Assembly: GCF_018977255.1 (NCBI RefSeq) | Contig: NW_024704743.1 | Location: 106,332,001 to 106,396,000 of the forward strand | Length of the DNA stretch: 64,000 nt | Direction: 5' to 3' | Origin: Callorhinchus milii | Taxonomy: Eukaryota | In this document: positions 49,301 to 62,500 of the stretch, piece after piece | How the letters are laid out: each line of letters opens with the position of its first letter | How positions within the stretch are numbered: position 1 is the stretch's first letter | The notes under the pieces: generated by a model | What the model was told of the DNA's origin: nothing | The model's database searches: none | The model's input: only the letters and a program-made list of their open reading frames with translations | Translations under genes and position numbers: made by a program

Positions 49301-50690
49301 CATTGAAGAGTATGAGGAGCAAGTAGGAGAGTGGAATTAGACTAGTTCTTTTGTGTTGAAAACTTGATGGGCCAAATAGCCTGTTTCTGTGTTGTAATGT
49401 TCAATGTGTAAAAATAATAATAAAAATGCATCACTAAACCTCTGGTGCATTAATGTGGCAAGATGGTGGCAGCCTATACACATATCAATTGTTTCATAGA
49501 GAATCACTACCTTTCCTAGTTGCCTTCTATACCAATCTTGCTCCAAAGGATCTGACCAGTTATCTTCACCAGTGTTTTAGTGGGAGCTTTTCTAGCTACT
49601 CGCGTAACCTGTTACTATAGTAACTTGTCCCTTGTTGCTATGGTAAATGCAATGAAACCTGTTATACTGACAGCACTATTTTTAGGGCTTGAACTAGCTT
49701 GCATTTAATACTGACATACAGTAGTTTTCCTGAGAGTTAATTGCTTCCTAGCTACAGACACTCCTTGAAATAGTGAATGAATGCAGAAAAATTAATTTCA
49801 ATGAATCAGTGCAGATAAATATATTTATATGCATTAATTTACATTGCACTATACTGTTTAAAAAAAACTTCCAGCTTGGCTATCTCTCTCATTCACTCGC
49901 ATTCTCTCTATCTCTCTCTCTGACTGTTACAAGCATGTCAAGACATAGATATTTAGAAAAAGGGCATTTGGCCAGTTGTGTTGCTCAATCTATACAGCAT
50001 TCAGCAGGAAGCCACTGACACAAGGTTACAGATTCCAATCTTCAGCGGCCAGTAAAATGTGATTTGGAACAAAAAGCCTCTTGCAACAGAAAGAAAATAT
50101 CTGCACTCTGCTGTGCAGTGCTCCTGAAACTGTGACGTTCATCGTTTGATTAATAATACATAAGAACATAAGAAATTAGGAGCAGGATTAGGCCATTTGG
50201 CCCCTCGAGCCTGCCCCACCATTCAATAAGATCATGGCTCATCATTAATGAAACTGACATTTCGCACAAAAAGCGTCTTATATGTAAATGCATTTTTGGT
50301 TTAAATTTTCTCATAAACATGTGAAACAGGCAATTATTCAAGGAACAATTTTGTTCATTGTTTTGACCTCTATGGCTCAATTGAATAATGAACTAGCATC
50401 TCCCCTGTTCTCCTGCTCCTCTAGTTTATTTCCCACCTTCCCATGTGTGTATTTGTTGTGTAACTATCCTTGTCTGTGAATCTTGCCGGTAGTTTTTTGA
50501 TGTCTATTCGTTGTTGTAATTCAATGGGTACACATTTGTGTGAGATTTGTACTAGAGGTTATAGGGATGGGTATAGACTGAGATGAACAAATACTCTATG
50601 GGACACTATTTCTGTGTTACTGTGGAGTGAGGGGAGATGAGGAGATGGAGACAATTTGCGGTGGAAACGACTGGTTTCAATGGGGAAGAT

Positions 50691-51009
50691 GTGGAGTCCT
50701 GTAGCTCAGTGGTTAGAGCACTCGCTTTGCAAGCGAGAGACCTGAGTTCAATTCCAGGCAGGGCGAAACCTTGGGCAAGTTTCCTTACTCCACACGCCTA
50801 ATAATAATCCCTCCAAAACCAAAAACAATAATAAAATTGGTCATTTTCAATCTACGACTGTTTGTGGCACATTGCTGTGCGCAATTGACTGCCGCGTTCA
50901 CCCACAAATATACAGTCAATTCACTTTACAGTGTGTTCTGTGCAGCGCTTTGGGACGTCCTCCCGACGTGAAAAGCGCTATATCAAATGTAAGGATTATT
51001 ATTATTATA
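50691..51009 (+). mobile_element. tRNA(Ala-TGC)-like-headed SINE, full length (reference copy)
   Basis: A box TAGCTCAGTGG 50702-50712; anticodon arm CTCGC-TTTGCAA-GCGAG (TGC at 50728-50730); B box GAGTTCAATTCC; L2-like tail ending in (TTA)n. Confidence 0.92.
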
Positions 51010-52211
51010 TACTCTGGAAGTTTTTATTTGATTTCCATTGAAGAATCAGTTGGAGATTTCCCAACAGACAGTGAGGGGCAGTTACAGTCCACAATAGGGT
51101 AGGTTTGCATTGTATTAGAAGGATTGAGTTTGAAGGGCTAAATGCCTATTTTTAATCTTTTTAATAGTGTCAGTGATACTTTAGTCCGAAATTCATGATT
51201 CAAGTTACACAACTTAGTTTTTACTGTGTACAATGCAATTGGGTCATCGTGTTTGGATTTTTCCTTTACAATTTCATGTTGCTGAGATAAATGTTTGATC
51301 GTTTAATTAAATAAAGGTAATCTTGTTATTGGGTTAATGAAATTGTTCTCTTATTAAAAATTTCAGACCTCAGAAAAGGAATGCATACCATGGTCCCTGC
51401 TGTATCTATTCTGCAGAACTGCCATTCTGTTATTGGTGCATGTAATTCGGATCATTATTAGATAATTATTTGGGGAGGACAAGTTTGCAGGGCTATGGGA
51501 AGAGAGCAGGGGAGTGGGATTAATTTGGATAGCTCTTTTCAAAGAGCCGGCACAGACATGATGGGCCGAATGGTCTCCTTCTGTGCTGTATAATTCTATG
51601 ATTCATTGAGCTACAAAAAAGAAAGGTCAAACACATCATATCATGTAAGTAGTCAAATTATGAATAGTTACAGCACAAAAGGAAGCAATTTGCTTCAATT
51701 CAAAATTTGATTTAGTAAAACAATAATTGTGTACAGTTTCTTTACAATATCAACTTTATATAAAATATAATAAACCTTGCATTTGATATAGTGAGTTATT
51801 GAGTTGCTTCACAGGATATACTGTATCTGAGCGCTCTGAGACGCCGTCCGGCGTGGAGGGAGCTATATGAATTCAAGTTGTTGTTAAATTGCAGTGACTG
51901 TATATTTTGTAGGCGAATGCGACAGCCAATTTACACAACGCACAGTTAGGAAGCGAATGATCAATTTTATCTGGGGGATTGTTGGCTAGGAATACTGGCA
52001 GAAAGTCCCTTCTCTTTTTTGAATAAGGCCACGGGATCTTTAATGTCCACATAAATAGGCAACTTTATGTTGTGTATTTTTAAAATCAAGAGAAAAGATT
52101 TGATCACTTTTTGGATCAATATAGTGAGTGTTGACATGGATATTTGGGGAGCTGAAAGAAAGTTGTTGATGAATAAAATGAGGGACCTGCTTTAAGATCA
52201 ATGTGGCTTTC

Positions 52212-53300
52212 ATTAGAATACATTAGAATATACAGCTCAGAAACAGGCCATTCGGTCCACCTGGTCTATGCCGGTGTTTATGCTCTCCATGAGCCTTCTC
52301 CTGCCCTTCCTCAACTAAGCCTTCAAGCATAACCTTCTATTCCTTTCTCTCTCATGTACCTATCTAGCTTTCCCTTAAATACATCTATGCTATTTGCCTC
52401 AACAACTCCTTGTGGTTGCATGTTTCACATTCCTGCTACTCTCTGTGTGAAGAATTTTTTTCTAACTTCCCTATTTGATCTTTCTGTGACTAATTTCTAT
52501 TGATGGCCCCTGGTTTGGTCTCCCCCACAAGTGGAAACATCTTCCCTATGTCTACCCTATCAAAACCTTTCATCATTTTAAAGACCTCTATCAGGTCATC
52601 TCTTACCCTCCTCTTTTCAAGAGAAAAAAGTCCAAGCATATTCAGCCTTTCCTGATAGGTATAACCTCTCAGTTCTGGGATCCTCCTTGTGAATCTCCTT
52701 TGCACCCTCCCCAGTGCCTCGACATCCCTTCTATAATGTGGGGACCAGAACTGCACACAGTATTCTAAGTGTGGTCTAACCGAGGTTCCATAGAAGTTTA
52801 CCATAACTTCCCTGCTTTTGATTCACTATCCCTCTAGAAATTAACCCCAATGCCTGGTTTGTTTTTTTATGGACTTATTAACCTGTGTTGCTACTTTTAG
52901 TGAATTGTGACTGTGTACCCCTAGATCCCTTTACTCCTCTGCCCCATTTAGACCTTTATTTTCCAGGATGTATGTGACTTCCTTATTCCTTCTACCAAAA
53001 TGTACCACCTCACACTTTTCTACATTGAAATGCATTTGTCATTTAAATGCCCTTTCAGCAAGTTTATTAATGCTTTGCTGTAAAGTGTTGCAGTCCTCCT
53101 CTGTATTAACTACTCCCCCAATCTGGTGTTGTCTGCAAATTTTGAAATTGTACTGCTGATTTCCGAGTCCTTGTGGAACACCACTGCCCATCCCCTGCCA
53201 GTCTGAGTAGCTACCCTTTACCCCATATCTCTGTTTTCTGTTTTGTAGTCAGCTTGCTATCCATTCTACTATTTCTCCCCTGACTCCACATGCTCTGGCT
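52212..53300 (-). mobile_element. CR1 LINE 3' fragment
   Basis: VRPHLEYCVQFWSPHYRRDVEALGRVQRRFTR...LGLFSLEKRRVRDDLIEVFK. Confidence 0.9.
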
Positions 53301-55944
53301 TGGCTTGCGTCACAGTCTTGTCACAACTGTAGAATTCAGTTTCTTTTGTATTGTCAGGAACGGGTTTGAAAAATCCTTTGAAGCAAGCTTTTACTTTCTT
53401 TATTAAAACATGCTAGCATATCTTCATAATATTAATGTTTTGTTTGGCATCTTTTCTCATACATACATTTCCTGAAGAGAGAAGACTGACAAGGTGTAAA
53501 AATATACCAAGTCGATAAATGTGTATTTCCACCTCACAGACCTGCCTTGACACATAATTAACTGGAGAAATGCTTCTAGCAAATCTTGACAAGTACAGAA
53601 ACCAATAGTGAGCTATCCTTTTGTTGGTAATGTTTACATATTTCAATAGCAGAAATAACGTGTCAGCGTAATCGTGTTTTTGAATTCTCACTTTATAAAA
53701 TAAATCTAAATTATATTGGTCTTGGAGATGTGCGTCTGTTCCCTGACATAAGCAAGGTTCCATTCCAACTGGGTTCATCTAATATTGAAATTGGCTCAGA
53801 AGATCACAAGATCAGTTCAGACAAAGAAGGTCCTTCTGCTCATCTGATCTCATCATTCCAGGAAACCCACCCTTCTGTCCTCCCGTTATAGCATGAAGCT
53901 GTTTTTTAAATCAGTCTAATGTCCTTGTCTCCACTATCCTTCCTGGCTTCCTGATGTTAATCCTGAAATTGTCCTTTGCAACTCTACACCTGTGTCCTCT
54001 TGTTCCACTGTTGATGCATCCAAAAGTACTCTATTGTTTTGGTGAATCCTGGATAATGCACTCTCTCTGCTTGGCCCAGGAAATAACTTTTCCCATATAA
54101 GGACACCATTTTCCAGTATAGTTCTCGGGAGTTGGCAGGCCCTGGGGACTCCTTTGTGTATGAATTGGCTGGTGGAGGAGTTCCAGACCTACAGTGTTAT
54201 AGCCACCGAGGTGCCATTTAAAACCTTGGTCACTCAAGACTCCACACTGAGTGTGTGTTGGAGACAAGCTTCTTGCTCTTGTGCCTCCCAGACTAGACCA
54301 ATGGAAATTTCTATTTATGTTTGGAGCTCTGAGTAGTTTGGTAATGCACTCTCTCAGTTAGAAGGTTGTTGGTTCAAACACCACGTTTGAATTCACACAG
54401 TCTGGGCTACCCCACGCTCCAAGGCAGTGCTGTGGTATGCTGTATTGTTGGAGGTGGGGTCCTTTGGATGAAACATTACACCAAGGTCCTGTCTATCTGT
54501 TCAAGTGGATATTAAAGATCCCATGATCCTTATTTGAAAGGAGGAAGTTTCTCCCAGTGTCCTACTCAATAATCCCCCCAAATAAATTTTGTTGCTTACT
54601 TCATGGCTGTTTGTGGGTCATTGCTGTCCGAAAATTGGCTGCCATGTTCATCTGTGAAATACAATCACTATACTCTATAGCTGCTTCTCTGAAGTGCTTT
54701 GGGATGTCTTCAAGATGTGAAAGATATTATATCAAGGATTATTACAACACAAGGAATATTATTGTCTTTTGCACAGGTGTAAATATTTTAACCACAGATG
54801 TTACATTCACCTTTACAAACTTTATGCATTAACATTGCATCTAACTGCCCATTTTAATATTTATCTTCAAGACTTATTTCCTAGTTTGGCAAAGCTTCAA
54901 ATACCTTCTGTTTGAACTGCAGAACAATCTCTCACTTGTTCACCTATACAACTAACAGAATCGGGAAAAATCAATCAACAAGTCAGTCCATTATTGTAAC
55001 ACGTTGTCAGTCTCACAGTGAGGCCTGCAAGGTTGATGACCTGAGAGTGTTGTTTATTGATCATTTTCATATAATAATAATAATCATTATTGCATTTGAT
55101 ATAGCTACTTATCAAGAAAGATCAAAGTGTTTCACAGGACTTATTGTACAGTGACCCAAGAGCTGATTAACATCGCACAAACTTGGCATTCAAATGCTAT
55201 GCTCCACACCAACAATACATATGGTAGCCACAGGCTCTTATTCATGGTGATGGGGTTCAGCATGTGGCAAGCACCTGGTTGACCAAAGAAAATTCCAGTA
55301 GAGGTCATAAGGAAGCATACAGGAAAATAAACTAGCTAATTTTCCTTTCCTAAGCTTGGGTTGCTGAGACCAAGTGTTAACTTCTCACAGATCAGGGGTC
55401 AAGCCTACTATCTTCCTGGTTAGAATGTCTTGACAAAACAGTGTACGGTGAGTTTATTGAGACTATATGGAAATATGTTTGTAGAAACATGAAGATGACC
55501 CAAAGTAACTTTGGTATGATACCAGGGTCTAAACTACAATATTTGTTTCCCACTGGATTCATTAATGAAGCATATGAGTTGTGCAAACAGGAACTCCCAC
55601 TGGTCACTGGCAGTGTATCACTCTGATCTGCGGGCACTCTTCTCACAGTTCTGGAGTGAGCCACAGATGGTGGGGAATTCCATTAAAGAAATACTTTAAA
55701 TAACTTTCCAGCAGGGGTCACTAGATAGCAACCTGGACATGGAACTTGGCAAATTTTGTCTTTCCTAGCCTGGGAGGCAAGGTCAAGTGTTAAACTGCAG
55801 TCCCTGCCTGAGGAAAGGCTAACTCTACACTGTTCAATCAAACCCATAAGATAAGAATGTTTATCTGTTGCCCTCAACCCATGCCCTGAAACAACAGAGT
55901 TTGACTAATCTTCTTCAATTCAGGGCAAAGTCCAAGTCCTGTTA

Positions 55945-56455
55945 CATAAGAAATCCTAGATGAAAAAAGCCTATGGCTGATCTAGTTCGCCTTCCACCTT
56001 CCTGGTGGTCGCATGCACATATGTCCCGAACTATCTATGTACTATATCATATAATGTTATTTCCTACAAAAAAAATCTAATCTGTTTTTGAAAGAATCAA
56101 CACTTCCTGCTTCAACCGTCTCCCAAGGAAGCCTGTTCCGCAGGTTCACTATTCGCTCACTGAAATAGTATTTGAGTGAATTTGTTCTGAATTTACTTCC
56201 CTTCAATCCAGACCATGTCCTCTGGTTTTACTATTCTGGACAAGTTGAAACAGCCTGTCATGATGTATATTGTCTGGCCCCTTTAGAAGCTTAAAGACAG
56301 CAATCATGTCGCCTCTCAATCTTCTCTTTTCCAGTGTGAACAAGAACAATTTACTTAGTCGCTCCTCATAGTCTGGTCCCCTCCATTCTCTCAATCATTC
56401 TGGTTGCCCTCCTCTGTATCTTCTTGATTTCACCAATATCCTTTTTGTACTGCGG
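55945..56455 (-). mobile_element. CR1 LINE 3' fragment (different subfamily)
   Basis: YEERLSKLFLFTLEKRRLRGDMIAVFKLLKG...KTRGH. Confidence 0.85.
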
Positions 56456-58579
56456 CAGAAACTCTCAGCATATCACCACCCTGAGAATAAATATCTGAAA
56501 TGGAGTGGAAATGAAGCATAAGCGCATTTCAGCAACAGCAACTTGAGTTTATATAGCGCCCTTTATGCAGGATATTGTCTCAGAGCAGGGTTGGTGAAGG
56601 AGAGGGAGGAAAGGACCAAATGGGCAGTCGACAAGGTAAGTTTTGAGGGATTTAAAGATAGAGGTAATGAGGCAGAGGGATTGAAGCCAGGAGTTACAGA
56701 GGTTAGAGCATATGACTGAGGTTCCAGAAAAATAAAATCTTGACTGGATAAATTGCAACACAAAGCTGTGAAACCAGGGACAAAAACACCTAAACATCCA
56801 GTTCTAAATTGTTTGCATTCTTCTTTAACAAAATGTCCTTTGAAAATGTTTGTGACGATAACTGGTATAGGTAATTTTGAAAATGTCACCCGTAATATTT
56901 GCCTATTGATAAATTCAAGTGCTCTTCTGTTTCCACAACATTCTAACACTTGAGTTCTACATTTATCTCAGCCTTAAATTTTACAAACTTTTAAAATTTT
57001 ATATTTGCTAGAGAGGTTCTCACCAGGCCAGAAGGGGGGATGAAAATAATCCTTGTATTTGATATAGTGCCTTTCACATTCGAAGGATGTCTCAAAGTGC
57101 TTCACAGGATATACCATAACGTCTACTGACTGTGTATTTTGTGGGCGAACGAAACAGCCAATTTGTGCACAGCAATGTCCCAAAAACTGCTATGGAACAA
57201 AAGATTAATTTTATTTGGGTGATTGTTGGCTATATTATCATGAGAAACCCCCTTGATGACTTGGGGATCTTAAAGAGAATTTAGGAGGAACTGCTTTACT
57301 CAGAAGGTAGTGAAATTATGGAACTTGCTGCCTGAAGCAGTTGAATCAGATAGTATAGATGCATTCAAGAGGAACTTAGTTCTTCACATGAAGGAAAGGG
57401 GAATAGAAGGCTATGGGAGGGAGTAAAGATTGGGTGAAGGCTTTGTACTGAGTATAAATACTGACACCGACTAGTTGACACTGACACAGAGTGACTCGTT
57501 TCCGTGTTCTACATTCTTTGTAATCTTTGCAATCTTCTTTGAATACTTAATAATCTTAATTTAGTCTTAATTTATTGATTGTTGGATGGGTGCAATGGAG
57601 TGCCAGTGAGTTGGATAATTGCTGTGAACAACATTAAAATCAGTTAAGCCAGTCCCAAGACATTATTTGTGGGCCTGACAGTTCATTGCACAGCTGGCTT
57701 CAGATCAAACTACTGCAAACAGTCTGGGGATGGAGGAACAACAACAAATTACATTTATAGAGCGCCTTTCATGTCGGGAGGACGTCCCAAGCCACTGGAA
57801 GGGGGAGAAGAGAAAGAGAATCACACTTCCCACCCCCTCCCTATTCATTAACTGACCATATTTTTCAATAATATGTTCGTGAGCATATCATGGGTCTTCT
57901 TTTTTTACCCTCCCCCCCTTGCTATAAGGTCCTTCATCAAAAACAGAACCGTTTAAAATTGTGCAAGTTATGCTTGCTGTGAATGTATTAGTATTCTGTT
58001 GTGTTTTCATGGCCTGAAAATAAAAAAGGTTTTATAAATGACAAATAAGCATTATGCACCTTTGCATATTTTAATTCCAAGTTCTCTCTACCATTAATGC
58101 TGTCTTCAGCAGCCCGTTAGTATTAAGTACAGATAATCTGAACTCTACATTGATGGGAAATTTTGTTCCAGACTTATTTTTTCCTACTGAGCTGGCTCAT
58201 CATGAGTCAACACAGCACCAACCCTTTATTAAACATCCTTAAATCACAGGGGGAACCACCTTTAGTTTCCACATAGCGAGTTTGCATTACATCCTTGTGA
58301 CTTGTGTACCTGTTATCAATTGCACTTTGAATCTTTATGTAGATAGGCAAAGAATACAACAATGGTACAGGCATACAGCAATGTATTGTAACAGTAGCCT
58401 TTCTGCCAACCGTGTTACAGGAAGAAAAGATTCAGGCTAAATTATTTCCCTCTCCTTTCACTGTTTAGTGAACTCTTGTAGCCCAGAAAAGATTGGATTA
58501 AACCCCCTTTGCTGCCAATTCTGTCCTGCGATTGCTTAATGAGGACTGCCCACAAAACGGTAGTAGGAACAATTACTGT

Positions 58580-58912
58580 ACAATCATGCAAATTGCAGGC
58601 TAGTCTGGGGTAGGAGGTCATTTGATTTATATAAACAACACCAGGAAGTAACGCAGAGAAGAGAAAAAAAAACCATTTAGTTCCTCAATTTCAACCTTGC
58701 TGCAGGGAGTGAATAAGGCAGCTCGGGGTTCACACTGCACCGCTTGATCTTGGATTTTGCACAAGTTTTGGTGGGGGGGGGGTTTCTACTTGAACTTGAT
58801 TCCCATGAAGAAGCTTTCCCCCTGGATTGATAAAGTCTCGTCCTCAGTGCAACCAGGGAAGAGCAGCTTTGTCCATTACTGATTCCCATTCGATCACTGG
58901 GGAGAAGTAAGT
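58580..58912 (+). promoter_or_regulatory. Candidate promoter and non-coding first exon of the downstream gene (LYN by synteny, not confirmed)
   Basis: Octamer ATGCAAAT 58586-58593, TATATAAA 58628-58635, ETS CAGGAAGT 58642-58649, then about 250 nt of non-repetitive sequence ending in GAA|GTAAGT (58907). No coding sequence seen. Confidence 0.5.
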
Positions 58913-58974
58913 CTTACGTCTGCGCTACTGTTGTGCGGGTGACATGGGCGGTGGATTGAACACTTTGAAGTCTT

Positions 58975-59020
58975 TGTGTGTGTGTGTGTGTTGGTGTGTG
59001 TGTGCTTGTGTGTATGTGTT
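58975..59020. repeat. Imperfect (TG)n microsatellite
   Basis: Directly visible. Confidence 0.9.
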
Positions 59021-59304
59021 GGTGGTTATTTCTTTATTGCTTTTAATTAACGGAAGTACTGTAGTTGCAAAAACTTGGATGGGGTAAAAAAAAGTTGTTT
59101 CAGGTCACCGTAATGTTTGCTCTGCTGATGGCGAAATTCTGTGAGTGCTTTGTGCAACCAAAATGTTTTTTTTTCTTGTTCAGGAATGTGAATGTGTAAG
59201 TGTGTGTCAGTTCGCCGGTCAGCTTGTTTTTTCTTAAAATGAAAGACAATAAAAGAGAAAGATTTCAAAAAGAAACTGATCACTTTTCCGCAGGGTAACA
59301 ATCC

Positions 59305-59507
59305 CTTCAAAAAAATAAATGTAAAAAAATAATAATTTGGTCACTCAATCTATGACTGTTTGTGGGACACTGCTGTGTGCAATTGGCTGCCGTGTTTTTC
59401 CCATAAAATATAGTCAATTCACTTTACAGTATATTCTGTGAAGCACTTTAGACATCTTGAAGACATGATACAGCGCTATATCAAATGCAAGGATTATTAT
59501 TATAATA
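59305..59507 (+). mobile_element. 5'-truncated SINE (body and tail)
   Basis: TTGGTCA...CTGTTTGTGGGACACTGCTGTGTGCAATTGGCTGCC...GCGCTATATCAAATGCAAGGATTATTATT. Confidence 0.85.
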
Positions 59508-62500
59508 AGTTTCCTGCACAGAAGAAGAAGTACAGTATAGTAAACTTCATAACACATTCCATTACACTCATAGTTCTTTGAGCTGTAAATGATTTCTGAG
59601 CATAAAGAGTGCCAGGTATATTTCAGATGTAAACATTAGTTAAGAATTAATGGATTCAGTCTTTCAATCAACTGCAAAACGATTAATAGCAATACTTTGT
59701 ATTTCAACTGTTTCAACTACTTGTCAAAAAATTCTATTGTGAAATCTTGCCTTTGTTTGAATAACTTGTTCCATTCAAACTTTACTGTTCTTTACGGCAT
59801 CTACGTGATATTTTAATCTAATATTTCTAACTACTGTATCTGATACAAATTGGCTGTGTACATATTTTTAGGAGCAATTGTTGTCGTTTTTCAGTCTTTT
59901 ACAAATTCTCGTCTCCTACCCTTCTCCCCCAAACCTGATCCATATTATTTGCTTGGTTTGGAGGGTGGATTGATTCAGTCCTCTGATATCTTCACAGATT
60001 CCATCCATGGATTGATTGTTTTCCACTCCTTGATTTTTCCTTTCCCTCTCTTCCTCTATCTTACTCCTACGCGCTCTCCCTCCTGCCACTCCACCCTCCC
60101 CACCACCACCGGCAGAGCTGATCGATACTATGAATTGTTGTGCTAACCAGGATGAATGTCATCGACCTTCGATTTTAAGAATATGTTCAACTGAGAGGAA
60201 AGAAAGATCTTCCATTTTTAAAGCAGTTTATCACAACAGAATGTCTGAAGGACTTCATGCATAATTACCATCCAGTGCAGTAACTATTTTTTGTGTAGGC
60301 CATCCTGGCAGCAGCCATTTGTACCAAGGTTCCATAATAATAATAGACCATCCCTCAATAATCATGTAAGATTGTTCTTGAGCTTTTAAGAAAAAAAACC
60401 CAAAAAGGGATTCGAGTTTTAAGATTGGCCTTGTCTTTGTTTGGGGGGGGGGGGGCATTTAGATAATTTTGTAAACCAGATCCTAGAGACACAGATTTTA
60501 ATCACAATGTGACAATGAGAGATGACCCAGTTGATGGTGTGTTCGCAGCAGACTGACGCTCGCTCCTTCCTCTGTCTATGTTTCTCTTGTTGATCCGGAG
60601 AAACTCCCTTTCCTTTTCATATTGTCATGAGATCTCTAATGTTCACCTTAACAGGCACACTGGATTTTTATTTAATTTTTGATTCAAAATATGGAACTTC
60701 AAACAGTGAATCTCTCCCCTAACAATAACAAATTGCATATGTATAGCACTTTTCAAGTTGGGAGGACATCCCAATGTGCTGAACAGGGTTTTCCAACTGA
60801 TCTCTGGTCTGGATATGTTGGGGGTGGGAGCTATGATGAGGCTGAAAGCCTGATAGCTGGTGGTGAATTTTAGAAGGTCACAGAGCTAGGTTAGAGCAAG
60901 ACCATGGAGGGATTGAAAAGTGAGTACAAGGATACTGGGATACTGGGAACTGATGGGTCTACCCCAGTACTAACTGGAGAGTCATCTTAGATTATGAGAG
61001 AGTGAACAATACAAAATGGGGAATTCTAATTTATCTGATCGTTGAACTGGATTTCTCAAGAGCAAAAACACACATTTCCGCAGTTACAGTGGGTTTAATG
61101 TGGCCAGTCTTTGCAATAGATCTTGCCCTCCGGATAATATATTATTAAAAGGCTGCATCTATGGCAAAATGTAGAAAAATGGAGGTCTCACAATGGTGGC
61201 ATAGAATGGATGAAAGTTTCAGTCCATCAGTTCTCCATCTGGACTGTATCAAACGGGTGCTTTTGAACTGAGGCTGTAACAGGTCTGAAAACTAGAGATG
61301 TCTGGGAAATGTCTGGCATTGGCACAGATCTGAGAGGGACTGCACGTCCCCACCCCAGTAAGAAGTAATTTTACAAAATAAAGGATAAACTTACCTGAAT
61401 CTTCCCGTCAAGTGTCCAAAATTTCTTTAAGGAAGTTATTGAGGATCAAAGTCTAACCTGTTGGTTGACCAGGGATTGCATCATAAAGCTGTCTGAGACT
61501 GCCCCCACTTTGCTGCCTGTAGGAATATAAGGGACTGTTGGGAGAGGTTCCCCAATCCATTTGAACTCTAGCAAAGGGGATGTGCAAAGTCTAGCTTCAG
61601 CTGATCATTTTAATGTGACAGTGGACCTGTGAGAAGCACTTAGCCTTCACTAAACACTTCCCTATAGTTCCACTGTCTGGAATGAATAATCTCGATCCTA
61701 GGAGATTGTATGCGATAACCTCTATCCCACTACATTACAAGCGATAGATGAGGAAGTGAATTGGTCAGTTCTTTACACTGTGAGAGATGTTTTCTGCTCC
61801 ACTGAGTTTACCACATGTTAAGCTAGGAATGTTCGTAACCCAGAGAAGAGGTGGAGGTTCTCTAAATGAAGTTCAGGCTTTAGGTGATAGATGTCCACAC
61901 AGTCAAGTCAGATATGACATGAACAGAAGCTTTACAGTATGTTCTGTGAAGCGTTTTGAGAAGCTCAAAGATGTGATAAGGCGCTATATCAAATGCAAGG
62001 ATTATTATCAGAAGTCCTTCTACATTCTCCAGCAATGAGCATTGTTCCCAAATTCACAAAACATGCCATAATGTGGCCATTGTCCCCACAAACCAACCTT
62101 CTGCTCTGTCTGAGTGAGACTGATCTGCGCTGCACTATAAGGAGTTTGTCTAGAAGACTTATAATCACATGAAGCTGCTCTGAGATTTCCCAGGTTCATT
62201 TCATGTTGATCTTTCTAATGTAGCATAGAATTTATAGGACCTTCCAATCAGTAAGGTCAGATTCAATTCCAGGTCCTGGAGGCAAGACATTGTGTTAATC
62301 CATTGCATCATTCTGTTCTTTAGCCTTATTTTTGTTCAATGGTGGACATTCTTGTTTTCTTGAACTAAGGCGATCCCTGCAGAAATGGCCTGGCCTGTTA
62401 TAACTTGGTGGAATTGGAATTCAGTGAAGGACAATATCGTATAAGATTTTTTTGGTCAGCCACATTCGGGTGTCTGAACACATGCACCAAGTCCATCCCC

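Noticed and set aside
50691..50770. tRNA-Ala gene (also at the other SINE heads)
   Set aside because: Each runs directly into a shared SINE body and L2-like tail, has no T-run terminator after the cloverleaf, and carries copy-specific stem mutations.
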